DNA of 64,000 bases from Octopus sinensis (lineage: Eukaryota). The position numbers and the translations under genes were made by a program. Location of the stretch: contig NC_043019.1 of the NCBI RefSeq assembly GCF_006345805.1, positions 2,170,001-2,234,000 of the forward strand, given 5' to 3'. Shown here piece after piece: positions 26,010 through 38,585 of the stretch. The first letter of the stretch is position 1, and every line of letters starts with the position of its first letter. The notes beneath the pieces were generated by a model that saw only the letters and a list, made by a program, of their open reading frames with translations, was not told where the DNA came from and searched no databases.

Positions 26010-26466
26010 TGGTATTTTTATATAAGCTTAAAGCTTATGGCGATCACCTTGCAATGACTAAGGAAAATAATCTAATAAAGGGACATATAAGCACTCGACA
26101 GAAAAAAGAAGGCTTTCCTTTCCGAGTGGAATAGGAAAGGAAAGGATAGGAAAGCCTTCTCTTTTCTATAGAGGGCTTATATGCCCCTTTATTAGATGCA
26201 GCACGGATTTTTGTCAGTGAACAGATCGCGGTCTTATAGCGACGAAAATATTTTGACAAATTAAACTTAAATTTTGAAGTGAATCGAACGGCTTTTGTGT
26301 GTTTCTTAAATGACTTACAAACACCTTCCACGCTGCAATTGTTTTCGTTCCAGCACACAATCTCAGATCAAATCACTTGCTATGCAAGTACATCTCCGTA
26401 TTAGATTATTGTCCTTAGTCATTGTACAGTTAGCGCCATAAGTTTTAAGCTTATATAAAAATACCA
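26010..26466. mobile_element. Fold-back element: about 68-bp inverted termini plus an internal 125-bp hairpin
   Basis: 26010-26077 pairs with 26399-26466, and 26071-26196 is a long imperfect hairpin. Lies between (TA)-rich tracts. Confidence 0.8.
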
Positions 26467-26769
26467 TTCGCACCGAAAGCATATATATTTATATATATAT
26501 ACACACACACATATCATCGTTAGATATATATATAGATATATATAGATAAATATATATATATAATATTGTTTTCTGTGAGTTTTTTCTTTTATCAAAGCGG
26601 AAAATCGAAACGAGTTATACGTTAGAAATATCAAAATAAATGCAGTAAGCAGGTAGAATGGTTAGCACGCGGGGCAAAATGATTAGCAGCATTTCGTCCG
26701 TCTTTACGTTCTGAACAAAGAAGCTGAGGTTGACTATGCCTTTCATCCTTTCGGGGTCGATAAAATAAA

Positions 26770-27099
26770 GGATCTTTTCGCTTTGACCGGCAGATTTTTA
26801 AAATAATTTCTTTGTAACTAAATTCCGTTTGTAACTAAATTCCCGGAAAATTCGCCGGAAAATGTTGTTGACAAAGAACCTGAGAAATTGTATTCACCTC
26901 AATAGACGTCATTGATTGGTTGAAATTGCCGAAATGCAAGAAATTAAACAACAAATAGCTTACAAACTACAGAATTTTCTCAAGAAAGCCAAGAGAAAAA
27001 GATGTTTTATGTAACACATTCTACCAGTATACGAAGTTTAAAAGTGTTTAGTTACAAAGAAATTATTTTTAAAATCTGCCGGTCAAAGTGAAAAGATCC
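26770..27099. mobile_element. MITE with about 55-bp TIRs inserted in a family B SINE
   Basis: GGATCTTTTCGCTTTGACCGGCAGATTTT.. versus ..AAAATCTGCCGGTCAAAGTGAAAAGATCC. SINE B sequence resumes on both sides (about 26645-27150). Confidence 0.85.
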
Positions 27100-27299
27100 A
27101 AAACAAATACTAATTGAGAAGTGGGATCAACGTAATTGACTTATCACTTCTCCAGAAGTTACTTGCATTGTGCCGAAAATTGAAACCATAATAAGTATCA
27201 GAATAAAAAAAAAACATTAAGTAGTAGGAATTATATTTTTAGATTAACAAAGTGTTACATTATTATGTAAATTACGTTGTAACCAAAACCGCCTAAGGA

Positions 27300-29100
27300 G
27301 AAATTCTATGTTAGGAAGTGGAGATAATGCTATAAAGTAATTTGGAGTTAGAGTTGGAATAAGAAACGTATGCATATCTAAAATATATCATTTCTGTTTT
27401 GTCTTGTGATTTAGTGGTGGCCTTGGAAAAAGTTTAGTTGTAAATGAAAAATGTAATTGGATCTACTTCATAAAATATAATAGAATTGTTCCCATAAGCC
27501 TTTTTTAGCTCTTATTAATGTAATATCGCAGAAACGTTGTTGATATTTCGTATCAAATCAATGTAAGTAGGAAGAAAATATGAGCACAACGTATTTTATG
27601 TTAACTATCAAAATTTACATTAGATTGTTTATTGTTATATAACAGTTTCCCAAAGGATGAATATAGGTTAATTTTCAGAAGGTTATGAGAAGTGGGAAAA
27701 TATACAACATAACCTAAGAGGTGGTGAGGGACAGAATGAATGAGTGCAAAAGAGGAATTTTTTTATATAAATGGACGATGACTGAGTTTGGGTGCGTTTC
27801 GTACAAGATAAGCAATTTGATGAGATTACTTGGGGTGGAGCAAGAATAAAATATTCATATTTTGTCGGAGATGGTAATGGTAAGTATATGACTAATCAAA
27901 ATCAATGTAGAAATTTGGGAGGAAAATTCATTTAAGACGTCAGAAGGAGTGGACGTAAGTCGTATGAACTGAGAAAAGACGAGTTAATCCATGAATAGAA
28001 TTTTTAACACAAGAGATATAATAAAGTAGATGTTTGCATAAACACAATAAAAGTAAAACATATTCACTCTCACAAGGGAATTGCTTGAAAATTATGTATT
28101 ATTGGGGTTAGCTTAAATTATAAGAGCAACAGAAATTTAGTATCATGGTTCATTAAAATAGATTAGCGGACTTTTTCTTACAATTACCAATCAGGCACAG
28201 TTTGAAGAGCCAGTATATCAATATGAAACCTACCTACTTCGAATTTACGAACTGTAAACAGAAAAGCATCCCATCTTAAAAATTATTTAGCTTGTTTGTA
28301 TTTTAGCCAAGTGACAGAGGACTTAAAGAGCTGTTATATAAATACAGTAGGTGAGGGGCTATTTAGTTTCTCAGTTGTTGAACCTCCCTTATAGAGAAAG
28401 AAAATGGAGAGGAATTAGATTAGGCACTTGTGGTTTGAAAAAGTATTTTATACCTATTAGGTTATATCATTGGTTTGAAATATGAATTGTTTCCATATCC
28501 TAAGATCAAAGATTTCAAAGATTTCAAAAATCAAGGATTATCGAAGAGGATTTTTTGTTGCTTGTGTAAGCAGAGATTATCTTCCAATTTAAGTTGTTAC
28601 TACTCAATTTCAAATTTTAGATAACTTATAGCAATCGAAACTGGTGTGTCTGTTTTAACTACGAAATGTGTAGGAATGTTTGTCATATCGTAATTTGAAG
28701 GATTCGCTCTGAATGCAGTGTGAGGTAGTTTCTTTCTGCTATGTAACTCATCAGTAGAACGATTGAAGACACCTTCCAGCTATTTATCTTCAGCTGGAAT
28801 GAAATGTGGAAACTATTGACTAAATATTTGCATGGTGAACCCAGATTTCCTGGAATGGTAACCCTAAGAATTGGCGCATTATGTCTTTTAAAAGTTGCTG
28901 ATGTGATGATCTCCACACTACCACTTTCATTAAAAGGCCATATGGTCTACCGGTACTTAAGAAAATATGTGGAGGCATCATACTTAAAATATCCCTTTCC
29001 CAAGGGTAGAGAAAGCCACTATAAAATAATTATCATCACTATTGTTCATGTGAGAAATGGTGAACCGTACATAGTTATTTTAGTCATCATTTAATCTCTT
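27300..29100 (-). pseudogene. Highly decayed LINE remnant, possibly L1-like
   Basis: AT-rich non-microsatellite tract with faint endonuclease-like patches on the minus strand. No clean motif. Confidence 0.25.
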
Positions 29101-29972
29101 CCTTTGCGCTAGTTCAGTTTGTCATAATCTGACTTTCTGAAAGACTATATCAGACATGGAAACAAACTAAGACCAGTTTACATCATGATACTGAAAAAAA
29201 AAGAGAGAATTTTTATAAAGAAAATAAATTTCAGTAAATAAATTCTCAAAGAATTTATTCATACAACTTTTCGCCACCAAAGCGTAGGATTTATTAGAGG
29301 GGAGTGTGAAAACGAATAAGAAAACTACTAATAGAATTAACAAGCCGAATAAGAATAGAAAAAGGAAAGAGACAGGAGCAGGCGAATTAAGAGGCTAGTT
29401 AAAAGAATTACCGGAGCAATTCTTCAAACTATATTTTTTCTTAAATGCAAAATATTAAAAAAAGTTTATTTATTGAAGAGGATATACAAACAAGGAAAAC
29501 AGAGTATATTTATTAAAGGGGATATAAAAGTAAATAAGCAAGAAGTACGGAAGTGAGATGCTGTTTGCCTTCCGTCTTAACCTTTGTTGCTTTCCCATTG
29601 TCCCGCTATACGCCCAGTACATATCATGATGCAACAAGTTGTGGCACATATAATTCATAATGGGGAGTAAGAAAACTAGGTTATCGTTATGTTCTATTAT
29701 TATATGACTGAGAGAGAGATGCATAAACTGATGAATCAACCATCTTTCGAGTGTGTATAGCGCTCGCCCAGAACACGCTGAAAGTACGAAAAATACGCTT
29801 GTTCGAAAACAGAGACGGGAATCAACATTGGCAATCACGGCTCTTAATTCAGATGTCGTCCTGTTTAACCGTTTAACGGAGTACAGTTGAACAAGGTTCA
29901 ATGTATGAGTGTGTATGGATACATACTTACAGCCTTACATGCATACATACATACATATATACATGTATATAT

Positions 29973-30051
<79 letters not shown>

Positions 30052-30118
30052 AACACACACATATATATATATATATGCACGCATTTGTCAATGTAATTCA
30101 TTTATTATTTTGTTTATA

Positions 30119-30178
<60 letters not shown>

Positions 30179-30218
30179 TTGTATGTTTGCATATATGTAT
30201 GCATATATACTTTATACA

Positions 30219-30264
<46 letters not shown>

Positions 30265-30270
30265 GGTGTG

Positions 30271-30304
<34 letters not shown>

Positions 30305-30519
30305 TGTATGTATGTATGTGTGTACATTTATGTATATAAACACATATACATTTATATATACGTACATGCATTTGTCATCTACGAATAAGTGTGTGTGTGT
30401 GTGTGTATTTGTCTGTATGTATTTCAATTGTATAAAAAAAAACGTTTTGAGGGGATATTTGTTATTTTAAGTTGTTAACATAAAAGAGAGAAAATAATCC
30501 CCTTCCCTCGATGCTGGAT

Positions 30520-30665
30520 GTTTATTTGTGCTGTTGCTGTTGCTGTTGTCATCATCAGTGTTGTTGTTGTCATCACCATTGTTGTTGTTGTTGTGGTTGT
30601 GATGGTGATGGTGGTGATTATGGTGGTGATTGTGGTGGTGGTGGTGGTGGTGGTTATTATTGTTG
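30520..30665. repeat. Compound trinucleotide microsatellite (GTT/GCT/CAT/GGT)
   Basis: Direct reading. Confidence 0.9.
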
Positions 30666-31032
30666 AGTATACACATACATTTTGCTTACTGTGTCTTTCG
30701 AACAGGTTGCAATAATCAAGTCAACATGGAACGCTCGGAATTAAGATAAGTCACCAAAAATGAAACGGGAGACAAACATTATAGTCATAGTAGCAATTAG
30801 TAAAACTAGTATCATAGACTGTAAGCTTTAGAGCCAGAGACTTACGAAACATGATCTAAAATCCTTGTACACTGTAGTACATGCGTGCATTCATAAAAAA
30901 TATCTATATGCAGAGGCATGGAAACATGCATGCATACGTAAAAGCATGTACACAACCCCACCAAAATGTTATTATGCATTTAAAGTACATGTGTTTATAA
31001 TAACAATAAGGAGGTGCTTTTTCCATTCACTA

Positions 31033-31172
31033 AAGTGAATGGAGCTTTGACCAAGAGGAACTCATGTCATCAGACGGTATCTAACGGTCATAGGGTGTGG
31101 CTCGAAACACCCGATGAACGTTGGCCGCCGTCTGAGGACATTGGTTCCTCCTGACCAAGGCTCTATTCACTT
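31033..31172. other. 140-nt rod-like hairpin without indels
   Basis: 66-nt arms around the loop GGCTCGAA, with 9 mismatches and 5 G-U pairs by manual pairing. Confidence 0.85.
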
Positions 31173-31426
31173 GGGAAAATGCACCTCCTTATAGGTGTTA
31201 TTAACACACACACGCACACACTCGCTCTCTCTCTCTCTCTCTCTCTCTCTTTCGCTCTTTCTCTCATACACACACAAAAATATATATATACATATATATA
31301 TATATTAACAATTAAGGAACGGCCATAATAGGCCATTCACCCACTAGAAATAACAGCCAAAGCTTCTACCGCAAATAAAGATTAATTCCGTAAACAGGAG
31401 AAAATTAAAAAAACATTTACCCTGTA

Positions 31427-31533
31427 ATTTCTTGTACGGTATACCGTTTCATCCGCTGTTTAATGGTATACTAACCTGATTAAATTAAATCAAGCCAATC
31501 TTCCATAAGCCCTCGGATTCTTCAGCAAGAAAT
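31427..31533 (-). ncRNA. Type I hammerhead, 490-bp unit copy 1
   Basis: ATTTCTTG-CTGAAGA-ATCCG..58 nt..CGGAT-GAAA-CGG-TATA-CCG-T-A-CAAGAAAT, with a canonical core and 8-bp stem I. Confidence 0.85.
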
Positions 31534-31916
31534 AGCTCAAGACGGAACAGATATATACACGAGGCATACCCAATCTTGCCAAGTCAATATCTGACCTAAA
31601 ATTTTCAAAATGTCGCACTCGCGCCAAATTTATCGGCAGCAAATAAATATCAGCCGTCGATTCCATTACGGAATTAACCAAAAAATTCATAATTAATCAA
31701 TATAGGGTGGCAAGGAAAATTTTGTAGAATTTTATTGCCACCAGCGGCCCAGCGGGAAAAAAAATTAAATAGTCATAGACCATTTTTAAGTTCAACATTA
31801 ACAATTAAGGAACGGCCATAATAGGCCATTCACCCACTAGAAATACAGCCAAAGCTTCTACCGCAATAAAGATTAATTCCGTAAACAGGAGAAAATTAAA
31901 AAAACATTTACCTGTA

Positions 31917-32023
31917 ATTTCTTGTACGGTATACCGTTTCATCCGCTGTTTAATGGTATACTAACCTGATTAAATTAAATCAAGCCAATCTTCCATAAGC
32001 CCTCGGATTCTTCAGCAAGAAAT
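31917..32023 (-). ncRNA. Type I hammerhead, 490-bp unit copy 2
   Basis: Identical fold 490 nt from copy 1. Confidence 0.85.
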
Positions 32024-32672
32024 AGCTCAAGACGGAACAGATATATACACGAGGCATACCCAATCTTGCCAAGTCAATATCTGACCTAAAATTTTCAAAA
32101 TGTCGCACTCGCGCCAAATTTATCGGCAGCAAATAAATATCAGCCGTCGATTCCATTACGGAATTAACCAAAAAATTCATAATTAATCAATATAGGGTGG
32201 CAAGGAAAATTTTGTAGAATTTTATTGCCACCAGCGGCCCAGCGGGAAAAAAATTAAATAGTCATAGACCATTTTTAAGTTCAACATTAACAATTAAGGA
32301 ACGGCCATAATTTTCTCCTGTTTACGGAATTAATCTTTATTTGCGGTAGAAGCTTTGGCTGTTATTTCTAGTGGGTGAATGGCCTATTATGGCCGTTCCT
32401 TAATTGTTAATGTTGAACTTAAAAATGGTCTATGACTATTTAATTTTTTTCCGCTGGGCCGCTGGGGGCAATAAAATTCTACAAAATTTTCCTTGCCACC
32501 CTATATTGATTAATTATGAATTTTTTGGTTAATTCCGTAATGGAATCGACGGCTGATATTTATTTGCTGCCGATAAATTTGGCGCGAGTGCGACATTTTG
32601 AAAATTTTAGGTCAGATATTGACTTGGCAAGATTGGGTATGCCTCGTGTATATATCTGTTCCGTCTTGAGCT

Positions 32673-32779
32673 ATTTCTTGCTGAAGAATCCGAGGGCTTA
32701 TGGAAGATTGGCTTGATTTAATTTAATCAGGTTAGTATACCATTAAACAGCGGATGAAACGGTATACCGTACAAGAATT
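32673..32779 (+). ncRNA. Type I hammerhead, inverted 490-bp unit
   Basis: CTGAAGA 32681-32687, GAAA 32756-32759, predicted cleavage after 32771. Confidence 0.85.
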
Positions 32780-33419
32780 ACAGGGTAAATGTTTTTTAAT
32801 TTTCTCCTGTTTACGGAATTAATCTTTATTTGCGGTAGAAGCTTTGGCTGTTATTTCTAGTGGGTGAATGGCCTATTATGGCCGTTCCTTAATTGTTAAT
32901 GTTGAACTTAAAAATGGTCTATGACTATTTAATTTTTTTCCCGCTGGGCCGCTGGTGGCAATAAAATTCTACAAAATTTTCCTTGCCACCCTATATTGAT
33001 TAATCATATATATATATATATATATATATATGGAAAAACAAGTCAAAGTAGAAAATGCTAAAATAATTTTATAAAAAACATTTCAATACCCGTTTCAGTC
33101 ATTGAGACCTTTTCAACTGTAAGAATGGAAAGCAATTAAATTTTGGAAAAATTAAAAGAAAAGTTTTAAAAAATATTTGCATAGTATTCAAATACAAGGG
33201 GCATTTTCCTTGTTTCTGCCTATCTCTGTCTCTTTTGTTTACTCTTGTGGGTTCCATATATACACTCATATACACATACATATTATTTAGCAACAGTTTG
33301 ACTGAGCTTCACGTAACTTAAAGTCTCCTAGAGGCTCATAGAGCGAACTTAACTCATCCGATATCTATATATATATATATATATTTATATGTACAGTCAT
33401 ATACAAGCAAATATACAAA

Positions 33420-33640
<221 letters not shown>

Positions 33641-33661
33641 AGATGTATATACACAGACACA

Positions 33662-34436
33662 CAGAGGGTGCAATAGGTAAATTGTCACCATTTTATATTT
33701 TTATATTGTTTGTTTTTGATTTTGTTGACTATACAGTATAGAAGGGGCAGTTGGGCACTGTCTGTGAGAAAAACAGCACCATGACGCAATTCACTCTGCC
33801 AGAAATTTGGAAACAACATACTGTACTGCTTGGCACTGGAGCCGGAAGCTCTAATAAGAACATTTCAGAGTGTTTGGGTGTCAATCTGAGGACAGTGCAG
33901 TGGACTCGGAAAGAGTTGGATGATTACGAAGGCGTTTGGAGTGATCACTAATGATGGCAACGTTATGCCTCCATTCATCTTCCCACATGGCCTCAGACTC
34001 AAGGCGTAGGCCTACATCAAGTGCCTGGAGGATGTAGAGCCGCTCTGGGTAAAGAGGGTGACTGCTGGAAGACCCTGTGTCTGGCAAAAGCATTCTGCAC
34101 CATGCCACACAAGTAAGAGAACCCAGTCACGGCTGTCAGACAATTTCTGTGGTTACATCACCGCTAACATCTCTGGTCACCAGACTGCAACCCCGCTTGA
34201 TTATTGTGTGGAACGCAGTTGAGCGGGAGACCAACAAAACTCCAGAAGAGTCGCAGGAGATTCCGAAATCATTTGGAGGCCGTGACTGAAGCCAATGGCG
34301 ATTTTCTTCAATAAATTTGCTCTTTAGTATTTCGAGGTACCTTTAAGTAATTTTGGTAAATACGTCTGTTAAAATGAGATGTCCGTTATTTCATTTTATC
34401 GTAATTTAGACGACAGGTTATTTACCGCACCTTATG
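33662..34436 (+). mobile_element. Decayed Tc1/mariner-superfamily transposon (maT/DD37D-like), internally deleted
   Basis: Transposase pieces DGNVMPPFIFPHGLRL, AGRPCVWQ, PDCNP.LDY..WNAVERE. Degenerate TIR-like ends. Confidence 0.75.
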
Positions 34437-34446
34437 CGTATATATA

Positions 34447-34678
34447 GTGAGAATTTACAAAAAACAAAAATAAAACGAAGACTGCTGTGTAACCAACAAA
34501 CAAGATGTATTAGTTTAACGCTCGGAAAGTGAGAAAGTCTTTTACATCTCGAGCCTAGGCTCTTCGACCGAAAGGAACACAGAAATAAATAGGGAGAGAA
34601 AATAGAAAATGTTCAGTGGCCCCCGATCTATCATTAAGTGCGGATTGAGACAAACGACAATAGGAAAAAGCAGAAAGC
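34447..34678 (-). mobile_element. Short HHR-like element family HH-2 (degenerate)
   Basis: Minus strand CTTT-CGGTCGA-A-GAGC-CTAG-GCTC-GAGA-TG-T-A-AAAG at about 34538-34575. Homologous to 35638-35832 and 47217-47358. Confidence 0.6.
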
Positions 34679-35331
34679 ATATATATATATATATATGAAT
34701 GTATGAATACACACACACATATGTATATACATACATGTGCATAAATACACTTCTATATACACAAGCATAAAACACACAAATGCACGTACACACGTACACG
34801 CACACATACATGCAGCCACTCACACGCACAGGCACACACACACACACACACACACAACACACACACACACACACATGCAAGCTCCTTCACGCACGTGCTC
34901 TGAAGCAGTAGAGAACTATTAACCGATTTGAGAGAGAAATTTCCTTGGTAATTAGTGCATATCAAGCATCCGCTTCGGCTTCCACATTGCAAACGCAAAG
35001 CGGTTTTTATGTAAGCTGTATGGTGAACTCAAATTAGAGAATTGAACGGATGTGGGTTGCAACACAGATTATGGTAACCTATGAAAAATTGTACCATGAT
35101 ATTATATAAAATTTATATTATAGCAACCTGTGAAAATTTATATAAATACTATTGTATAAATGAACTTATATCATAAAATGTGGCATAAACTGAAAATTCG
35201 TTCATCGAAGAGTACCAACGTAAGTAAATTTCATTGTGCATGTGTGTTAGGGTACGTACATACATGCATACATATAAGTGTATATGTATATATATACATG
35301 CATAGATATATATATATATACATAATACGTA

Positions 35332-35397
<66 letters not shown>

Positions 35398-35593
35398 GAT
35401 ATAGATATATATATATACACAGGCATACGTATCTATATATGTATATATGTATATATGTATATATATATGAGTGTGTGTACTTTGTGTGTGTACGCGTATA
35501 AGATTAAATACAATTCTGTATATGCTTGTAAATATGCATATATATGTATATATTATTATATACATCTACATGTCTTTTTACGTATGTATATGT

Positions 35594-35636
<43 letters not shown>

Positions 35637-35637
35637 T

Positions 35638-35832
35638 AGTTAAAAATTACAGAAAAACAAAAGACGAAGACAGGTGTATAAACAACAAACAGCTGTATTA
35701 GTTTAACGCTTGGGAAGGTGTGAAAGACTTTTACATTTCGAGCCTACGCTCTTCAACAGAAAGGGATACGAAGAAATAAAGAGAGGGAGAATAATAAAAG
35801 TTTGAGGGTTAGCGGTCAATCATGGCGGCTGG
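35638..35832 (-). mobile_element. Short HHR-like element family HH-2
   Basis: Minus strand CTTT-CTGTTGA-A-GAGC-GTAG-GCTC-GAAA-TG-T-A-AAAG at 35728-35763, between microsatellites. Confidence 0.6.
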
Positions 35833-35833
35833 C

Positions 35834-35912
<79 letters not shown>

Positions 35913-35996
35913 TATACACACAAGCACATTTATACTCATCCATATACACATGAATATTTATTCACATGTGCAAGTCTATGTGCTTATGCATGTACG

Positions 35997-36033
<37 letters not shown>

Positions 36034-37024
36034 CTGTGCATGTGGGTATGAATATGCGAATATGCGTGTTTACATGTGTGCACCTATCATGAAAATATAT
36101 AAAAACTTCTATTATATTATTGACATTAATTCTCGAGAATTCCTCACCAAAAACTGGGGGAAAGAATATAAAAAGAGAAAAGAATAAAAAAAAAAGACAT
36201 CTAGCAAAACAGAGGATTGCATATTTTTATTTCAACATAATTAATTATATTTCCTCCTTGTCTGTCCTTCCTCTCAAGCATAATTCACCCGGGATGCAGT
36301 CTGACACAGTTTTGCAAATGTAATTCTTGCAAGCTGTGCGTTAGACAGGCCATTTTTTCCCATTCTTTCTTCTGTTTTTACGTGTTTTTTTTTTTTACTT
36401 TTTTGCATTACTTTTTCTTTCTCCCTTTTAATTTTATTCTTTCGTAAATTGTCATTTAAAACTACTTTTGCTATTTGATCTCATCTATCTGAGTTCAAAT
36501 CCTAATGCGGTCTTCTTTGTTGCTAATGCTTCCGCGTTTTGGTGCTAAATACTATGTGTCAATCACGTGTTCTGGTGTAGGCAACGGTAGGTGGTTTATA
36601 CGCTTATTTCGTTATGATGTGAATCTGGATTCGATTCTGCTGTGCGACACAACCTCAGGGGGAACCCCTTTCTTATGAGGCAATTTAAGAAGTTGGAAAC
36701 TTTATGGAAGCGCATCAGTTGGATTACGTCTGTAATTCAAAAGACCAACCTTATATAACATCCTGAAAATTATGCCTGAAAATTATTTTCAATTTATACG
36801 TCCCTGCAGAATACTCAACCACTTATTTTGTACTGTTGATATGTTTGCAAATATACACACACATAAGCATACATACAGATATACATAAGTTTATATACAT
36901 GTAAAACACACATATGCACATATAAGCACACACATAAGCATACATACAGATATACATAAGTTTATATACATGTAAAACACACATATGCACACATATGCAC
37001 ACATAAGCAAGTTATATATATATA

Positions 37025-37394
37025 TAACTTGCTTACCAACCACATGGTTCCGGGTTCAGTCCGACTGCGTGGCACCTTGGACAAGTGTCTTCTACTATAG
37101 CTTCGGGTCGACGAAAGCCTTGTGAGTGGATTTGGTAGACGAAAGAATCCCATCGTATATATGTATATATATGTGTGTGTGTGTGTTTGTGTGTCTGTGT
37201 TTGTCCCCCAACATCACTTGACAACCGATGCTGGTGTGTTTACGCCCCCGTAACTTAGTGATTCGGCAAAAGGGACCGATAGAATAAGTACTAGGTTTCC
37301 AAAGAATAAGTCCTGGGGTCGATTTGCTCGACTAAAGGCGATGCTCCAGCATGGCTGCAGTCAAATGTCTGAAACAAGTAAAAGATTAAAAGAG
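37025..37394 (+). mobile_element. SINE family A (head truncated)
   Basis: Family consensus. Confidence 0.85.
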
Positions 37395-37489
37395 TACATA
37401 TACACACACGCACATACAAACACACATAAATGTACAGACAGAAGTACTAAAGTACAGTTAGAAAGGCATAGGAAAAATTTCTTTAGACT

Positions 37490-37950
37490 TTCAAAAATTT
37501 AGGACTAAATATTACTATAGATAAGGATTATCGTAGAGTGAATTTTCTTGACGCTACCTTCTGTCTTGATTATGGATTATTTGAACCATTTCATAAACCG
37601 AATGATCATATTATGTACATTAACGTAACATCCAACTATCAAACCTCGATTATAAGGGGACTAGTTAAGAATATTTCTACTAGGATTTCTAGATTGTCTG
37701 CTACCAGTAAAATTTTCGAATCTCATGCATCTTATTATAATGATGCTCCAGCTAAGACTGGGTACCGTGCTACTTTACCTTTTTTTTGAAAAGTGGGGTG
37801 GTCCCTTCAGTTTTATCAATTTTTCTCCTAGAAGGTCGGTATCTCAAGATACCTGTAATGTGGCAGTGACCTGCCTGGGTAAATTTGCCATTTAACAAAA
37901 AAATTTTCATCAAAATCGGATGAAAAATGTAGAAACGCATAAAAACCATA
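37490..37950 (+). pseudogene. Penelope-like RT thumb fragment related to the 21-26 kb element
   Basis: ORF 37538-37789 VNFLDATF..PFHKPND..YIN..SNY..I...L..NISTRIS.LS..YYN.A..KTGY parallels the thumb at 23250-23450. Confidence 0.8.
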
Positions 37951-38006
37951 CACCTACACACACACACACACACATTTTGAGTTTTATATATATAATTATA
38001 TATATA

Positions 38007-38546
38007 CTAGCTGACGTACCCGGTAATTCCAGGGGAAACGGGACATATCTCTTGGTTCCGTTTTGCTAATCCAATAACAGAAATACAAAGTATGTAGATC
38101 TGAAAACGATTTTTGTACATTCACAGAGAATACCGAACTGTTTTACACAGGATCTTGTTTTTAGGAATTCTCAATAAGTTATGAATACCCAAATTATGAA
38201 TTCAGGTATGTAATAAGCAAATGTGGAATTGCCTTGACCTCCCATAGCTTGCACTCGGGTGTCCAGGTCAAGTAATACCTCATTGTAAATGGTGTTAAAG
38301 GTTTGCCTTTAAATCCTTGCTAGATGTCCTCTGCCATGTTGGTTTTGTTGATCGCCAAATACCATCAACATGATAGGAGCAGGAGTGGCTGTGTGGTAAG
38401 TAGCTTGTTTACCAACCACATGGTTCCGGGTTCAGTCCCACTGCGTGGCACCTTGTGCAAGTGTCTTCTGCTATAGCCTCGAGCCAACCAAAGCCTTGTG
38501 AGTTGATTTGGTAGACGGAAACTGAAAGAAGCCCGTCGTATATATG

Positions 38547-38585
<39 letters not shown>

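Larger units (their letters stand above)
31304..33004. mobile_element. Retrozyme-like element: tandem 490-bp units (31304-31796, 31797-32285, stub to 32311) plus an inverted block (32309-33004)
   Basis: Near-identical copies, one HHR per unit, (TA)n on both flanks, no recognisable protein. Confidence 0.85.

Noticed and set aside
29470-29901. 143-aa minus-strand ORF in unique sequence
   Set aside because: No recognisable domain, a low-complexity hydrophobic tail, and no supporting splice or homology evidence. CTGATGA at about 29727 has no matching stems or GAAA.
31033-31172. Possible complete hammerhead within the rod hairpin
   Set aside because: Stems I-III could not be formed in type I, II or III topology on either strand.
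31490-32716. 66-aa ORF repeated three times (MNFLVNSVMEST..)
   Set aside because: It repeats only because the 490-bp unit repeats. It has no recognisable motif and runs into the ribozyme. Coding is not excluded but is unsupported.
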